A DNA stretch of 64,000 bases from contig NC_043016.1 in NCBI RefSeq assembly GCF_006345805.1, forward strand, positions 25,172,001-25,236,000, read 5' to 3'. Both the position numbers and the translations under genes were made by a program. This document shows positions 61,526-64,000 of the stretch, in pieces (positions within the stretch are counted from its first letter, which is position 1; each line of letters begins with the position of its first letter). This stretch comes from Octopus sinensis. Taxonomy: Eukaryota. Under the pieces are notes generated by a model. That model did no database searches and had not been told where the DNA came from. It worked only from the letters and a program-made list of their open reading frames with translations.

Positions 61526-63053
61526 CAAGAACAAAAATCATGTAACACAGTGTTCTTAGTGGACATTTACTGTAGTGCTAAAGTTGTAGCTATTTAGAGG
61601 CGAGTTTTTTTATTTTTTATTCTCTCCAACCCCCAATTGGATATGAAGACATTGCAAGTGAGAGGTATTAGCTGTCTCGAATAATTGTTACTTTTTGTGA
61701 TGCTACTATTAGTTTTAGGGGAGAAAAAAAAAACCTTCACACTAATTGCTCAAATTACTGGAAATAGCACCCAAATCACCCTTGAACCAATAAAATGGAA
61801 AACACATTAAGGAATGTACAGTGGGGAACACTGTTCCTAGAAAAAGATGGAATGGTCATAGCTATTTGGCCATGGGGCCTGCTTGATTAGAACTATTCAT
61901 GGGATTTAAATGGCCAGCAAAGAAAATCATTTTGAGGTGAATAAATCTGAAGTTATTCCAGCATTGGTGAGTTTAACAACATGAAGTTTGTCGATAATCC
62001 TAGTCAATGTATTCAGAGAAATTTTATAACATAGGTGCAGGTGTGGCTGCATGGTAAGAAGCTTGCTACCCAACAACATGGTTCCAGGTTCAGGCCCACC
62101 GCATGGCAATTTGAGCAAGTAGGGTAAGTGCCTTAGGTCAACCAAAGTTTTCTGAGTGGATTTGGTAAACAGGAACTGAAAGAAGCCCATCATATATAAT
62201 GTATATATATATGTGTGTGTGTGTCTTTGTGTATGTCTCCCCAGCACCACTTGACTACTGGTGTTGAGGTGTTTAGTACTAATCTTTAAAAAAAATATCA
62301 GTACTAGGGTCAATTTATTCAACTATAAATTCTTCAAGGCAGATACCCCAGCATGGCCACAGTCTAATGACTGAAACAAGTGAAAGATTAAAAGATAAAA
62401 CATGCAAGAACACACACACACTCTTAGCTTAACTTATCTTTTATCCTTTACTTGTTTAAGTCATTGGACTGCAGCTATGCTGGGGGTCAAACGAATTAAG
62501 CCCAGTACTTATTTCCTTTGGGTTTCTTTCCTTTTTTTTTTTTTTTCTTTTTTTCAAACTGCTAAGCTACAGGGATATAAACAACAAACAATCACCAGTT
62601 GTCAAGCTGTGGTAGGGTTCAAGCACAAACACAAAGAGACTTACACACACACACATTATCTAGTATAGTATTCTTTCCGTTTCCATCTATCAAATCCACT
62701 TGTAAAGCTTTTGTCAGCCCACAGTTATAGTGGAGGACACTTTCCCAAGATGCTATGCAATAGGACTGAACCAAGAACCATACAACTGGGAAGCAAACTT
62801 ATTTCCACACAACCACATGTTCGTCAAACCTAAACATTATTTTATACAAAGTAGTATTTAGTTTACTCTTTTACTTGTTTCAGTCATTTGACTGTGGCCA
62901 TGCTGGAGCACCCACCTTTAGTCGAGCAAATTGACCCCAGAATTTATTCTTTGTAAGCCTAGTACTTATTCTATCGGTCTCTTTTACCAAACTGCTAAGT
63001 TACAGTGACATAAACACACCAGCATCGGTTGTCAATCGATGTTGGGGGGACAA

Positions 63054-63057
<4 letters not shown>

Positions 63058-63123
<66 letters not shown>
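63058..63123. repeat. (CA)n microsatellite inside a SINE
   Basis: Directly visible; source of the THTH ORF. Confidence 0.95.
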
Positions 63124-63132
<9 letters not shown>

Positions 63133-63482
63133 CAACAATCAAGGAACGGCCATAATAGGCCATTCACCCACTAGAAATAACAGCCAAAGCTTCAACCGCA
63201 AAAAAATTCTACAAAATTTTTTTTGGCACCCTATATTGATTAATTATAAATATATATATATATATACACACACACACTACGGGCTTCTTTCAGTTTCCGT
63301 CTACCAAATCCACTCACAAGGCTTTAGTTGACCCAAGGCTATAGTAGAAGACACTTGCCCAAGATGCCACGCAGTGGGACTGAACCCAGAACCATGTGGT
63401 TGGTAAACAAGCTACTTACCACGCAGCCACTCCTATGCCTTGTGATATTTAACTTAAATTTTCAATTTTCTTCTAATTTCAG

Positions 63483-63685
63483 ATATAGTATTCTTCATTT
63501 ACCTCTACCAACGTTACATCTATCGAGTGGATCCCCAGCGTCTGAATGAATTTGGAACCAGCCAAGAAATGCTTGAGCCTAATGGAACTGTGGCTTTAAG
63601 AGATGGTGAAACTGATTCTACAAGTCCTGATGAAGGAGCAGAAGACAGCGCTTTGAAATCAGATAAGGAAAAGAAAAATGACTGA
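63483..63685 (+). CDS. CLPTM1: CLPTM1 exon 14, last coding exon (DIVFFIYLYQRYIYRVDPQRLNEFG...DKEKKND*)
   Basis: aatttcag acceptor, FFIYLYQR.IYRVDP.R.NEFG motif, TGA at 63683-63685. Confidence 0.96.
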
Positions 63686-64000
63686 GCTGCAGTAAGAACA
63701 ATTTCAACACAAACCCAGAAAAGTTCCAATATATTGAATATATATTCCTACTATATAGCATGGATAGTGGCCAGAATGTCTGGAATGGCTTTGCATAGTG
63801 GTGTGTTGTGATTCTACAAATTGGTTAGATTTAACAATTGTTTAAAGTTTTCTTCCCTCCCAACTCTCCTTTTATTCTCTATATGCCTCTTTCTTTCTCC
63901 TTCCTCAATCCTTATGTTCTTCAGAAAACACTGCTGACAAACTTTTTTTTCAACAAATTTTATTTATTTATTTTTAAACAAATTTTATGTCAGTATGTGG
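63686..64000 (+). other. CLPTM1 3' UTR (partial)
   Basis: Follows the stop codon; no AATAAA seen before the window end. Confidence 0.7.

Larger units (their letters stand above)
2392..63685 (+). other. CLPTM1: CLPTM1 gene model: 14 coding exons, 1908 nt, 635 aa multi-pass ER membrane protein
   Basis: Manual splicing gives one open frame with GT-AG introns and consistent phases 0,0,0,1,0,1,2,0,1,0,0,1,1. The protein is collinear with recalled human CLPTM1 (NGSIYIHVYFTKSG, ISHWHPN, FNDYWNL, ETNPYLLA, SVRSVFF, TPQLFINYK, FIDD.FAFVIKMP). Closer to CLPTM1 than CLPTM1L by these motifs. Confidence 0.96.

Noticed and set aside
5755-63439. tRNA genes, snoRNAs, CRISPR arrays or prokaryotic systems
   Set aside because: tRNA-like A/B boxes are all SINE heads without a cloverleaf; no convincing C/D or H/ACA structure seen; no spacer-repeat array; the DNA is clearly eukaryotic.

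Overview
AT-rich animal genomic DNA, not prokaryotic. The repeat landscape (tRNA-derived SINEs, RTE LINE remnants, long TA/TG/CA microsatellites) suggests an octopod cephalopod; this is inference and no search was run. Two genes sit head-to-head with only 293 bp between their start codons. (1) The first coding exon of menin (MEN1) lies on the minus strand at 1684-2098; the rest of that gene is left of the window. (2) A complete 14-coding-exon CLPTM1 gene lies on the plus strand at 2392-63685. All 13 introns are GT-AG, phases are consistent, and the spliced CDS is 1908 nt = 635 aa ending in a KKxx motif. Almost every other ORF in the supplied track is spurious or a transposon fragment. The introns contain RTE and CR1-type LINE remnants, at least three tRNA-SINE families, piggyBac-, hAT- and mariner-type MITEs, a DD37D transposase remnant, a solo LTR and a non-autonomous Helitron. 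I found no convincing new biological system. The best second-look items are: a ~96%-identical copy of the exon 11 3' part plus its splice donor 7.5 kb downstream; a cluster of hairpins next to that copy, including a 75-nt pre-miRNA-like fold; a ~1 kb fold-back element; inverted SINE pairs around exon 2 and before the last exon (possible dsRNA/ADAR substrates); an intact antisense solo LTR; and a young Helitron just upstream of a branch point.
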